The notes beneath the pieces are model-generated. The model saw only the letters and a list, made by a program, of their open reading frames with translations, made no database searches and was not told the DNA's origin. A stretch of DNA of 63,964 nucleotides, counting the filler, from Salisapilia sapeloensis CBS 127946 (lineage: Eukaryota > Protista > Oomycota): assembly GCA_023334545.1 (NCBI GenBank). It is 8 parts of 8 records of this genome, joined end to end, with 100 filler letters (N's around TTAATTAATTAA, not from the genome) between each part and the next. Parts side by side here need not be neighbours in the genome. Positions count along the whole stretch, not along the records: positions 26,864 to 45,880 come from JAADVB010000315.1; 7 more parts are not named here. One strand, given 5' to 3'. This document shows positions 29,186-40,603 of the stretch, in pieces. The position numbers and the translations under genes were made by a program. Numbering within the stretch: position 1 is the stretch's first letter; the number at the start of each line of letters is the position of its first letter.

Positions 29186-31933
29186 TCACTCGTCATCGTC
29201 CTCTGCATTGTGGAAACCCTTGCCAGTGGCCTTGGGTTGCTTCATGCTCTCGAGAATGGGGGATGGGAACTCTACAGGACTCAGTTCCTTATCCACTGCC
29301 GTGCTGTCCGCCTGGTGCGGCCGACCTGCCTCTGCTGAAAGAGCCGCTGCCGCCGCCTCGTCCGAAGGAAGGGTCGAGTCAGAGCTCATGGATGACGCGC
29401 CGGACGGATCGTTCACATTCTCGTGACGACCGAGGTTGGCAATGTCAAATTGAGACTCGATGGGTCCTTCCAGCGTCCGCGAGGTCTCATCCTCCTCATC
29501 GTCGTCGACAACTTCCGAGATATCCTGCCGACCTTCCTTGACGGCTTCGGCGGTTGCAGCCTTCTTGTCCTCTTCGTTCTCCTCATCTTCGTCCATGTAG
29601 TTGAAGGCAAAGTCTTTAAAGTGCTCGTCATGCGTCGACTTGACGGACGCAGGGGTATCCACCGGCACCTCTAGCGTGTTCATGTACGTGTCAAAGATAT
29701 CGTTTGTCTCGTACTCCTTGGCATGTGTCTTCATCAGATTCTCCTGGCCTTCGAAAGTCTCCAGTCGCTGCTCGACGCGCTTCCAGTCTAAACCTCCAAA
29801 CCACGGGTGGTTCATCAAGTGCTCAAAGCCACGTGGTCCTGTTCCGAGTCGGGCTTCTTCGTCCTTGGACAAGAGCTTCGCCACAAAGTCCTTGGCGTCT
29901 TCCGTGAACCGAGGGCTGAAGCGAAGGTCGACATTCGTGATCCGCTCTCGAATCAGTTTGTTCGTCTTGGCGTTGAACGGCGTCCGACCGTCGATCATCT
30001 CGTACACCATGACGCCGAGCGCCCACCAGTCAACTGCTCTCGAGTACGACTTTTTCATAAAAACTTCCGGCGCCATCATTTGGTACGTGCCGACAAAGGT
30101 AGATGTGCGGCTGTCGTCGTCCATGTTCTCCTTGGACATGCCAAAGTCTGTGAGTGCAATGTGTCCGTCGGATCCGACGAGCACATTCTCTAGCTTCAGA
30201 TCACGGTAGATGATGTCGTGTTCGTGCAAATGACGAATAGCCAACGCCACTTCTGCAGCGTACAGCCTCGTCCGGTCTTCCGAGAAGCGCCTGGCCAATC
30301 GCATCTGGTCCAACAGGTTACCGCCAGGGTAGTACTTGGACAAGAGATAGAGCTTCGCATCTGTCTGGAAAGCGTACCGTAAGGTCGCGACGTACGTGTG
30401 GTTGATGCTGTCCAGAATACGCCGCTCCGCGTTGGTAGCCTCTACCAGTCCGCGCTGGATGACCAGCTTCTTCCGAATCGCTTTCATGGCGTACATTGCG
30501 CCCTCGTCCGATCCGTGCTTCTTCCGAACGAGCTTCACGCGACCACATGCGCCTCGACCGATCAGTTTGACGATCTCAAAGTCTTTTAGAGACACAGGCT
30601 CTTCATCGTTCGGCTTGATAAAGACGCTCATGCGTTCTCCGTCCTCTGCATCCACCTCCTTCTGCTTGCGAGTGCGAGGGTCGATGAGGCACGGCAGACT
30701 CTGACACAGTTTGCAGACGCGCCACATGTTGAACGCCGGGACGAACTTGTCTTCGCAACATCGGGAACAGAGTTTGACTTGACACCACGCACACTGTATC
30801 CGACGGTTAAGGACGGTCAGCTTGCGATGACAGATGCCGCAGGAAGAGATCTTTTGCTCGTTGACCGTCACATCTGCTGCTTCCCCACAGCGAGCCGCGA
30901 AGCTTCCGTAGACAGAGCTGCGGACCATCTCTAGAGCCCACGCGCCACTGCTGCCCTGCACAGTGGACGGGACAGCTCCGGCAGAGATGCAGACGCACCC
31001 GTGCTTCTGTTCGCCCTTTGGGATCTTGGACCCGACGTCAATGTCAGACGATAGGATCCACGCGACGGCGCGACGGGCGAGCACTCTGCGGGCAAAGTAC
31101 GTGTCGCTCTCGGCAACGTAATGGCTGGGCTCGACCAGTGCGAGAGCCTTAACTCGGTCCTGGACGACACCTTGGCCGTTGTCATGGTTGAGCAAGTGCT
31201 GGACGAACTGGCAGCCTCGTGAGAAGGCGAGGAGGAAGATGGAGGAAGAGAGAGGGGCGATGATGGAATCCCACGCTTGCTCGACGTGTTCTCGCGGATG
31301 GCAAGGCTGTGCCGCTGGGTTGAGGATGATGACGCCGTAGTTTTCCTTGAGCGCCTTCTCGAGGTACGAGATCATGGACCCGCTCGTGTCACTTCCGCTC
31401 GTCTGGTGCATGCAGATGCTGCGGCTCCAAATGCCGGCTTCGCGATACGGGACGATGACCAGAAGTCTTTCTTTCGTGTCGTATTTTGGAGAGACGTAGA
31501 CCGTGCCGCGCGCACAGTCGGAGCAGAAGGATCCGTCGCTGTTGTCGCTGCCGGACGGTTTGGCCTTAAGTCCGTAGAGGTAGGAGCGTTTGGAGTTGTT
31601 GAGCGTCTCCCAGGCATCGTCGCCGACGACCTGCCGTACGTTTTCGTCCGAGTAGCTGCTGCTGATGGAGTTATTTGCGGAACTTCGGTCGAAGCCGGTG
31701 GAAGCGTCTAGGTCGTCTTCAGCCGTGGCGTCGTTTCCAGAGGAGACGAGGATTTCCCGGAAGCCGAGCTCCTTTTTGATCTGCGTCTGAATGTTCTGAA
31801 TCATCCGATCGACGGCGGCGGATGCGTCGTCGGTGGCGCTGTTGGCCTGTGCGAAGAATGACTTTGACCTGGATGCCTTGGAGGACATGCCTGGCAAGAG
31901 TGAACTGCTGGAACTCGTGTGGGTCATGGGCAT
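29186..31933 (-). CDS. Arb2/FAM172A-like alpha/beta domain + FYVE-like zinc finger + AGC (S6K/SGK/PKB-like) kinase
   Basis: Single uninterrupted ORF (frame open from 32005; likely Met at 31933 or 31888). Kinase: IGRGACGRV, AMKAIRK, YRDLKLEN, DFGMSK, TFVGT, APE, VDWWALG, hydrophobic motif FKDF. Eight-Cys finger: CGIC..CAWC..CSRC..VCKLC. N-terminal domain: VYVSP..RLLVIVP..AGIWSR..GSMISYLEKALKENYGVIILNP..HVEQAWD..AFSRG. Confidence 0.88.
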   Translation of the reverse strand: MPMTHTSSSSSLLPGMSSKASRSKSFFAQANSATDDASAAVDRMIQNIQTQIKKELGFREILVSSGNDATAEDDLDASTGFDRSSANNSISSSYSDENVRQVVGDDAWETLNNSKRSYLYGLKAKPSGSDNSDGSFCSDCARGTVYVSPKYDTKERLLVIVPYREAGIWSRSICMHQTSGSDTSGSMISYLEKALKENYGVIILNPAAQPCHPREHVEQAWDSIIAPLSSSIFLLAFSRGCQFVQHLLNHDNGQGVVQDRVKALALVEPSHYVAESDTYFARRVLARRAVAWILSSDIDVGSKIPKGEQKHGCVCISAGAVPSTVQGSSGAWALEMVRSSVYGSFAARCGEAADVTVNEQKISSCGICHRKLTVLNRRIQCAWCQVKLCSRCCEDKFVPAFNMWRVCKLCQSLPCLIDPRTRKQKEVDAEDGERMSVFIKPNDEEPVSLKDFEIVKLIGRGACGRVKLVRKKHGSDEGAMYAMKAIRKKLVIQRGLVEATNAERRILDSINHTYVATLRYAFQTDAKLYLLSKYYPGGNLLDQMRLARRFSEDRTRLYAAEVALAIRHLHEHDIIYRDLKLENVLVGSDGHIALTDFGMSKENMDDDSRTSTFVGTYQMMAPEVFMKKSYSRAVDWWALGVMVYEMIDGRTPFNAKTNKLIRERITNVDLRFSPRFTEDAKDFVAKLLSKDEEARLGTGPRGFEHLMNHPWFGGLDWKRVEQRLETFEGQENLMKTHAKEYETNDIFDTYMNTLEVPVDTPASVKSTHDEHFKDFAFNYMDEDEENEEDKKAATAEAVKEGRQDISEVVDDDEEDETSRTLEGPIESQFDIANLGRHENVNDPSGASSMSSDSTLPSDEAAAAALSAEAGRPHQADSTAVDKELSPVEFPSPILESMKQPKATGKGFHNAEDDDE

Positions 31934-32560
31934 GGTATTTATAAAATAATTTGCTAGCGGAGAAGGTCTTGCCGGCGAGGGGGAAAGAGGAAAAATGAAT
32001 TGCATACTAGGACGCAGTCAGGCGACGCAGCTGGTGGACTTTCTACCGAATGCCATCTCCCGACTTGCTTTTTTCCATCGAGTGCAACTGTATACCGTCG
32101 GTCGTGTCAAATCGGATGCACGGGACGCCTAGATAAGATCGTGGGCGCGACGGAGTGGAAGAGCTGGTCTTAAATTAGACATGCACGTTTACAGCGTGAA
32201 CCCTCTTTGCATCTGTCGAATCAGGATGGGTGCGGGTGTCGAGGAACCCAAGTCGGCGCTCGTAACGTCCGGTCAAACGCGACGGACTGTCTGTCTGCAC
32301 GCCCGTCTTGCCGGTCGTGGCCTCGCGAATCTTTTCATACTTTGCGATCGGTAGGAATTCTTTTCTTCCGCACCAAGTCAGCCAAAACGTCCGGACGTCA
32401 TTGGGCGAAAATACGTTCAGTCGAGCCGAAAAATCCAAAACACGATTTCCAAAGAGAAGAGCTCTTGTACAGACTAGGTACGGCCTTCGTTCCCGACGGC
32501 CTCCGACGTGCATTTAACAAAAAACTCTCTTGTGCATAGATACACCCAACGTTTTACACC

Positions 32561-35500
32561 ATGGCAACCGACCAAGCTTTCCAAGGGGCCGGCAGCACGC
32601 ACGGACTGCAGGCCTGGCGCATTGAAGATCTGCAGCCCGTGGCCGTGAGCAGGAAGGACATGAACAAGCTGCACATGGGCGACAGCTACATCTTCCTCAA
32701 CACCTCCAGGGGACAAGGGTAGGTCATCTCCTGGACCGATCCCCCATTCAATCTGCCGTTCGTCTAATCGTCAATGCGTGTCATAGAGGCAAGCGCTGGG
32801 ATATCCACTTTTGGCTTGGAAAAGAGACCTCGCAAGACGAGAGCGGAGCGGCAGCTTACAAGTCCGTCGAGCTGGACGATGCTCTTGGTGGAGGCGCCAC
32901 CCAGCACCGGGAGTGCCAGAACCACGAATCGGTACGTTTGTCATCGACTGCCTGGCCAAAGTGTCGTATGCATAACCTCTCTGCTTCTAGGACCTCTTCC
33001 TGTCGTACTTTAAAGAGTCGGGACTCCAGTACCTCGAAGGCGGTGTCGCCAGTGGCTTCAACCAAGTGGATCGCGACAGCTACGAAACGCGTCTCTTCCG
33101 CGTCAAGGGCAAACGCACGGTCCGAGTGACCCAAGTGCCGCTATCGGCCTCCTCGCTCACAGTCGACGACGTGTACATTCTGGATAAGGGACTGGAACTC
33201 TTCTTCTTCGAAGGTCCAGACGCGAACCGCGTCGAAAAAGCTAAAGGCTTAGACTTTATCCGCAAATGCAAGGATGAAGACCGGGGCGGACGTGCCGACA
33301 TTGTCTTTATGGTCGATGAGCCGGAGAACGCTTCGTTCTGGGAGACGCTCGGAGGCCAACAAGAAGTGACGAAGCGAGGACTGCCGGACGATGAGCACGA
33401 CCGGATGCAGAAGAAGACGACCAAGGTACTCCGCGTCCACGGCACGGACGACGTCGAGACGACGGACGTAACGCCGTCTTCCGGTGTTCTCACAAAGGAC
33501 CTGCTGGACTCGAAGGACGTCTTTATCTTGGACGTTGGCAGCTCCGTCTTTGTCTGGATCGGCAAGGAAGCCGAAACCGAAGAGCGAAAGTACTCAATGA
33601 CGGTCGCCACCAACTACTTGGCGCAGAACGGCAAGTCGACCCACACGCCCGTCAGCCGCATTGTGGAAGAAGGCGAGCCGGCCGAGTTTCAAGTGCTCTT
33701 CAAGCAGTGGAATGCGCCCAAGCCGCTGGACTTTACCGTCCAGAGCCAAGGCATCGCCCAGACACAGGACGACTACGAGGTGGACGTGAACAAGCTCGCG
33801 TCTTCTCCCGTCGCCAAGGAGGAGGACTTGGGACTGGACGGCGAGCACGACATCCAGGTGTGGCGCATCGAGGATATGGACAAGGTGCCTGTGCCGGAGG
33901 AACTGGTCGGTCAGTTCTTTGGAGGCGACAGCTACATCGTCCTGGACAAGAAGACGACTTCCGCTGGTCGGACGCAGCACATTATCTACTTTTGGCAAGG
34001 ACGCGACAGCACGGTGGACGAGAAGGGGTCGTCTGCGGCCTTCACGACGCAGCTGGACGATGAAATGGGCGGAGACGCCGTCCAGGTGCGCGTCGTTCAA
34101 GGCAAGGAGCCCGCGCACTTCCGCGCCTTGTTCGACGGCAAGATGATCGTTCATGCCGGTGGCAAGGCGAGTGGCTTTGTCAACCGCGACGACCAGGACT
34201 CGTACGATGAAGACGGCGTCAAGCTGTACCACGTCAAGGGCACCAAGCCAGAGAACACGGTCGCGTCGCAGGTGGAAGACTCTGCGTCTGCCTTGAACTC
34301 TGGCGACTGCTTCGTCCTCGTCACGTCCGAGACGGTCTTCGCGTGGAAGGGCAACGGCAGCAACGCTTCCGAGCAGGAGGTGGCTCTGAACGTCGCCAAG
34401 ATCCTCCAGCGGAACCGCGACTTGGAGGAAGTGGAGGAAGGCGACGAGCCGGTCGAGTTCTGGGTCATGCTCGGCGGCAAGAAGGAGTACGCCAAGCAAA
34501 AGGCAGCGGTGGAGCTTCCGCATGCCGCCCGCCTCTTCCATTGCTCTAACATGTACGGGTACTTTGATGCGCACGAGGTCATGAACTTTGATCAGAGTGA
34601 TTTGTCGGTGGACGATGTCTTTTTGCTCGACACGTACACGACGCTCTTTGTCTGGATCGGATCCAAGGCGAACGAGGAGGAGAAGAAGAACGTCATGAAG
34701 CTGGCGGACGAGTACCTCGACACCGTCCGAAGCGACGGACGTGACCAGGGAACGCCGGTCGTGACCGTTCGCTGCCGACGCGAACCTCCCATGTTCACGA
34801 GCAACTTTTTGGCCTGGGACGACTCGTACTTTGACAAGGATGAGTTTGTTGACCCGTACGAGACCAAGCTACGGAAGATGCGGGAGGAAAAGGAGAAGAA
34901 CGCCCCGGAGGACTTGGAGGGAACCATCACGAGCGAAGATGTCAAGGAGGCGAGTGCTGTCTCTGAGCCAGCCTCCTCTCTCGACGTCTCCGCCGGATCC
35001 TTCGAGTCCAACAATGCAGAGCTGGTGCGTATGGAGGAGGACTCTCTTCCGGGCTCGGCTCCGATGCCAGTGCCCGGACAAGGAATGCAGGTGGACGAAC
35101 CAGGCGCACCTGCCCCCACCTCCGTCTCGTCTGCTCCCACGGACAAGGATGTGAGCGTAAATGAACTCATTCGTGAAGAGGAAGACGCACTATCGAATGG
35201 GGCTCCGGTTTCTGCTGCTTCGGCTGCTGAGGAAGCCCCGGTGTCCACCTCCTCGGCCGTTGAAGATGCTCCAGTATCTGCTGCTTCAGCCGCTCAGGAA
35301 GCCCCGGTGTCTGCTGCGTCGGCTGCATCGGAACCTCCTTCGAACGAAGAGACGTCCGAAAGTCCTGAACCGCTCCAGGACGTTTCGGAGTCTACGGCGG
35401 AGGAACCTTTCAAGCCATCCGCTGCGCCCAAGGAAGAAGAGCCATCGTCCGAAAAGGAAGAGATCTCAACGCCCAAGGAAGAGGCGCCTGTGGAGAAGGA

Positions 35501-35705
35501 AGAGAGCGCGCCAGCCAAGAGCAGCGGTGGGTCGTACTCGTACGAGCAGCTCGTGGAAGGCGTGGATGGGATTGACATTACGGCCAAGGAGACTTACTTG
35601 TCGGACGCTGATTTTGCCGAGGTGTTTGGCATGGACCGCGCCGAGTTCGAGAAGATGCCCAAGTGGCGCCAACAGCGCAAGAAGCAGGACGTGAATTTGT
35701 TCTAA
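32561..35705 (+). CDS. VIL: Villin (gelsolin repeats + acidic linker + headpiece)
   Basis: Exons 32561-32718, 32787-32931 and 32991-35705 splice in frame: [48 protein letters not shown]. Repeated gelsolin motifs; headpiece [28 protein letters not shown]. Confidence 0.95.
35202..35335 (+). repeat. Four 33-nt coding tandem repeats ([11 protein letters not shown]-like) in the villin linker
   Basis: Protein reads [44 protein letters not shown], with matching GC(C/T)CC..T.TCTGCTGC.TC.GC units in the DNA. Confidence 0.85.
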
Positions 35706-35805
35706 GTTTCTTTCATATACATACGAAACCGATTGACGCACAAAGGAATGCTGTCACGAGATAGACGATTGACTTTTACGACTTGTTAAAAAGTAGTTTA
35801 CGATG

Positions 35806-36648
35806 CTAGCGACGTCTGTCCTGCAGACGAGGGCGGTGTTGGTCCTGCTCCAGCTGAGCCGACTGGTTCGACTGGATTAACTTGCCGTTCACATACTCCT
35901 CTGTCACACGCTTCGTCTTACCATCTGAACCGGTCGTCTCCGTCGTCTTCTTCATGACCTTCCGACCGCTGCTGTCGACGTACGTGGATGAACTGACCTT
36001 GGTCGAGACGCCACCGCCGATCTGGCCGGAGAAGCCGCTGCTAGAGCTGTGCATGCGCATCATACTAGAGTTCATGCCCATGTTGCTGAAGAAGGCGTCG
36101 TCGTCGTCAAACATGCTGTCCATGTTCATCATGCCAAAGGACCCAAAGCCAAAGGGGTCTGTTCGACGACTAGGACGACCGCCTCTCGACCGACCGTGGT
36201 TGAAGAACGACTCAAATGGATCTTCTCCGCCAAAGAACGACTCGAAAATGTCTCGCGCGTGACGCATGCCTCCGAACGGATCCTGACGACCACGCCGAGA
36301 CGTGAAAAACTCGTCATACTCTTCGTCCTCTCCACTGCTGTCGCGACCAATACCACGTTTCCCCAGTCGCTCGTACGACTTCCTCTTGGCGCTGTCTCCC
36401 AGGACTTCGTACGCTTCTGATATATTCTTAAAGTACTCCTCCGCCTTAGGATGGCTGCGATTCTTGTCCGGATGCCACTGGACTAGCATGTTAAACAGGT
36501 TTTAGTTCGGGAGCTGCCGTCTACATCTTAGGAAGAACCAACCTGCTAGTTTACGATAAGCCTTCTTGACATCTCCTTCCGTCGCAGAGCGAGTGAGGCC
36601 CAGCACTTCAAAGTAGTCGTCGGATTCCAAGTGAGCTACGGCACTCAT
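35806..36648 (-). CDS. DnaJ/HSP40 co-chaperone (DNAJB6-like, class B)
   Basis: Exon 1 (36648-36543) MSAVAHLESDDYFEVLGL..KKAYRKLA, intron 36542-36483, exon 2 VQWHPDKN..FKNISEAYEVL, then a G/F-rich region and S/T-rich C-terminus. Confidence 0.93.
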
Positions 36649-36943
36649 GTTCTCCGTCTTCTTCCGTGTCTTCGACTCTGGATTTTCACTCGGTTTCGTC
36701 GCGCTTTCTTCTCTCGATCGCTTGGATGCTGGATTGCAAGTGCCTTCTTCGACGTGGTCGTACCGGGCACAACGTCCCATTCGTCCAGTGTTATTTTTGG
36801 TCTGGTGGAGCGCTTGCTCTCGCCATATATTCCACCATACAGATCATACTGAATTCCAAGTCGAATTTTTACCAGACATCCGTTTACATACAAAATGCAA
36901 GTGATTCGGACCAAACCACGGTCAGCCCTCTTGTTCGAGAAGC

Positions 36944-38459
36944 ATGAACCTGTCTGGGAAGATGTGCATGTTATTATGGACCATCTTGGCCTCTTTGTCT
37001 AGCCGCGTCCTCGGTTTCGACACCCCCGTTTTAGAATACAACGGTCCTTCCCATTATGACTTTGGATACCAACTCGGGGAAAGGTTTAAGAGTCAAATCC
37101 ACGCTCGTGTCCAAAAGCATGAAAAGCTGCAGACACTTCTTCTGCCGTACTACGAAACGAAAGAGGGAAAGGAGCTGTACCGAAAGTACCTAGAGACGCA
37201 CAATGCTACGTTTCCGGTAACTAGCTATATCTTCAATCGGGTCGTAGAATCTAAATTTTATTTGACATTCTCTAGGAGTACCTCCAGGAGATTGAGGGTA
37301 TTGCCGCCGGCAGTGAGAGGCCTTTCGAGGTAGACAGCAAACAGCTTGCTATTTAGACCAACCTTTTCGCTAACAGTACGATACGCTCTAGGTCATCTTT
37401 TTACTGAACATTGTGGAAGAATACCAAGACTCGATCCCGACGTCGTTCACTCCTGACTTTCATCGTACGCACGAGTTAAGGTAGTACTCTTTAAAATATT
37501 TTTGATTAACTCTTGACCAACTACTATCCAAATAAAGGTGCTCCGATATTGTCGTCATGGGTGACTCACATCGCTTCGTTGCCCACAACGAAGACAGCGG
37601 CATTCAAGATGTAAACCACTCGGCAATCGTCGTCGCCCAGATAGGCCAGGAGCCAAAGTTTATCGGATTCACATATCTCGGAGACCTTCCGTCCGGAGCG
37701 TTTGCAGCCAACGCCAATGGCATCGCTTTCACGCTCAACTGTACGTATCTACGTGATACGCTCCATATCCGTTCTCATCTAATGCATTCGCCTCTCTAGT
37801 CGTAGAGCCATCCGATATTGAAATTGGTGGACTCGGTCGAGGCTTCATCTCCCGAGACCTCTTGACAGCAGTCAACATGACCGAAGCCATCGCTATGGCC
37901 ACCCGGTACGCTCGACGTGCTCGTACCATCTTTATTTTTTCTCACCTATAGCTCTTTTCGTTGCAATAGCCCTCATCAAGCGGCAGGACACAACTACCAA
38001 CTCATGGATCTCCACGCAAATCGAGTGTACAATGTTGAAGCTGCTTCCTTCCACCGATTTGTCGTGTACGAGTACCCGTCTGCCTCTCGGACGTCTCAAC
38101 TGGGCTCGAAGAGTATCCAAGGCGTGACGTACTTCCACGCAAACCAGTACCAGCGGCTAGTCATCCACCAGCCGCCGTACCAAAGTAGTCTCCATCGACT
38201 GCACAGGTATGCAGAGCTTTCTCCTCCAAGAACGACTGAGGAGGCGCTGTGGGTGCTGGGAGACCAGCAAGACCAGCTCTACCCCATTTACCACGACGCC
38301 AAGTCCCATGCCAGTGGAGAATTGTCCGGCTGGACTCTTGCTACTGTCGTCTTTGACCTACGACACAATGTGGCCCTCGGGTACGAAGGAAACCCTCGTC
38401 TTGAGCAGGTCTCATGGAAGTGGGATTTGAACACAATGCAAGTATACATGGCTGCTTGA
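36944..38459 (+). CDS. Secreted peptidase C45 / acyl-CoA:6-APA acyltransferase-like Ntn hydrolase (multi-exon)
   Basis: Hydrophobic N-terminal signal (MLLWTILASLSSRVLG), HYDFGYQLGERF, nucleophile segment CSDIVV..FVAHNED, NANGIAFTLN, YFHANQY, TLATVVFDL. Several short introns. Confidence 0.82.
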
Positions 38460-39272
38460 TCCAGGACGTCAGTGGTATCTTTGAAGTACTCTACTGGACA
38501 TAGTACAACGTTTTACCACCATCATCTTCGTAGCTCCTTATGATTTCCACTTCGCTTGAACACTCTTCTAGCGGCGTTTGCTGTGGACAGATTAGAAAAA
38601 CGCAGACGATACTAGATAAGAGGAAGCGAGTAAGGCATGCTATGAATACAAACCCACCTGAGAATGTATTCTTTGCTACAAAGTGTGCAAAAATTGTACA
38701 CCCAGGCTCTGCGCAATTGCCACCAGCTACCTGAGACCAGTCGCACTTGAGCTAACTGGGAGGCATCTAGTCTTGGTGTATAGATGCTTGCTGACTAGCA
38801 CTCGACCGTAAACTGCATCGAAATAAAAGCTACATGAATTTTGTTCTTGGATGACAAAGCTACTTGTTAAGCATGGCATGGCATCAGAGAATCGTGAATG
38901 TTTTAAAAGATCCAGCGCCCTTGAAGCCACACCTTCAAGAAGCAAAAGTGAGTGTCTATGATATGCAAGCATGCGCGTCCGTTCAAGAGACAGGGCATAT
39001 CTACCAGCTCCAAACGCATCTTGCAATCTTCATTTCAACCGTTTCTGTACCTCATCTGCTTCTGTATCAAGTCCTACTCTTTACACTCTTCTTGCCGATC
39101 TATGAACTAAATGGACATGGACACTTGGATAGAGATTTGTGCTCATGCAAGAGTTTATTGTTGACGACCTAAATACAAATAATATCTGTTGGAGTTACTT
39201 TTAAGTCTGTAAGGAAAGTTATATTTATAGCTGGCACTACTTCGTGCACAAGTAAAGATACTTGCACGCACG

Positions 39273-40399
39273 ATGAAGACAGCAGATGAAGTAGCAAATG
39301 AGCGTACACAAGTCGCAAACAAAGCTCCCGCTCCAGCCAAGATACTTTCCGACGAAGCAGAAGACGAGGATGAAGAAGCAGCATTGGTTCGTTAGCACCG
39401 TCTGATGTCTCGTATATCGCTTCGACACATCTAACGTTAGGATACGTAGGAAATGTTGGATTGGCTGAATGCGTCAGCCTCCGACCCGAAGCAGCCATCA
39501 TCAACCTTGTCAGCATGCATCTCGAATTTAATGTGCTGTACTGGAAGTGTTCGTTTCTTATTGCTCGTACTGATCTTTCTACCGGCTGCTGCCATTATCA
39601 TACTAACCTCCATCGATGACATGGACACGTACATTATTGTTCTCGGAGCTACTTCTTTTTACGCTCTGTATATTGTACTAAAGGTGTTTACGTGGTTTCT
39701 GGTGTACGTCCAGCAAGTCCAAACAGATACAAGGACAGCCAAGATTGCTCATCACTACATCCAACAGACTTTGGTGATGAAAAACGCTACGAGAACGAAT
39801 ATTCCTGGTACTGCCATGAAAGTGCTTCCGACAGCTGGAAAGATTCCAGGACTCTTTGCCCTGCTAATGAAAGCTGCCAAAGAAGATGACGTCGACACTC
39901 TCAAATGGGGATTTAGCCAAAATGTCCTCACCGACTACAGCAAGCGAGATTACAACGGCCGATCGCTATTACACTGGGCTGCAATGCGAGGCAGCTCTAA
40001 CGCAATCGAGTTCTTGCTATCCAACGGAGCGGCAATCAACTTGCAGGTATGAGTGGGATCAATTGCACAAGACGCATAGTGTAACATTTTAGTTATGAAT
40101 AGGATCGACTGCATTGCTTAACACCGTTGCACTACGCTGCGTACTACGGACACCTGCAGTGCGTCCGAATATTGGTCGACAAAGGAGCCGACCTCTTCCT
40201 CACAGATGACCGAGGGTATGTTCCTCTACAAATGGCCGAAACTGCTATGCTGGCCTTGTCAACGACGCAACCTGCCCACCAAATGATCGTTCGATATGTC
40301 CGAGGCTGGATGGGGGAGAAAGCGCCACCTCCAATTCAAAGTCTCACGTCCGGTGTCACTGTCGTCAACCTTGTCAGTCGTCAAGCGCAAATGAAGTAG
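39273..40399 (+). CDS. Two-TM + ankyrin-repeat protein (multi-exon)
   Basis: Exon 39273-39386 (MKTADEV..) splices in frame to 39450. Two hydrophobic helices, then ankyrin repeats GRSLLHWAAMRGSSNAIEFLL and PLHYAAYYGHLQCVRILVDKGAD..PL. Confidence 0.8.
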
Positions 40400-40603
40400 C
40401 TTGGTAATAAACACATCCCACCAAGTACACAATCATACAAATTGCCCACTCGATCTCATAATCGCACGTTTGCACCCGCAAGATAAGAGTGCTTGGTGGT
40501 CTGGAATTTCGAATCCTTTCAGGATCGATTAATTTGTATGTCAAATGACAGAAGCCTTTTATATCTCTGTTGCGAACGCACGAACTGAAGTGACGAAATT
40601 AAG

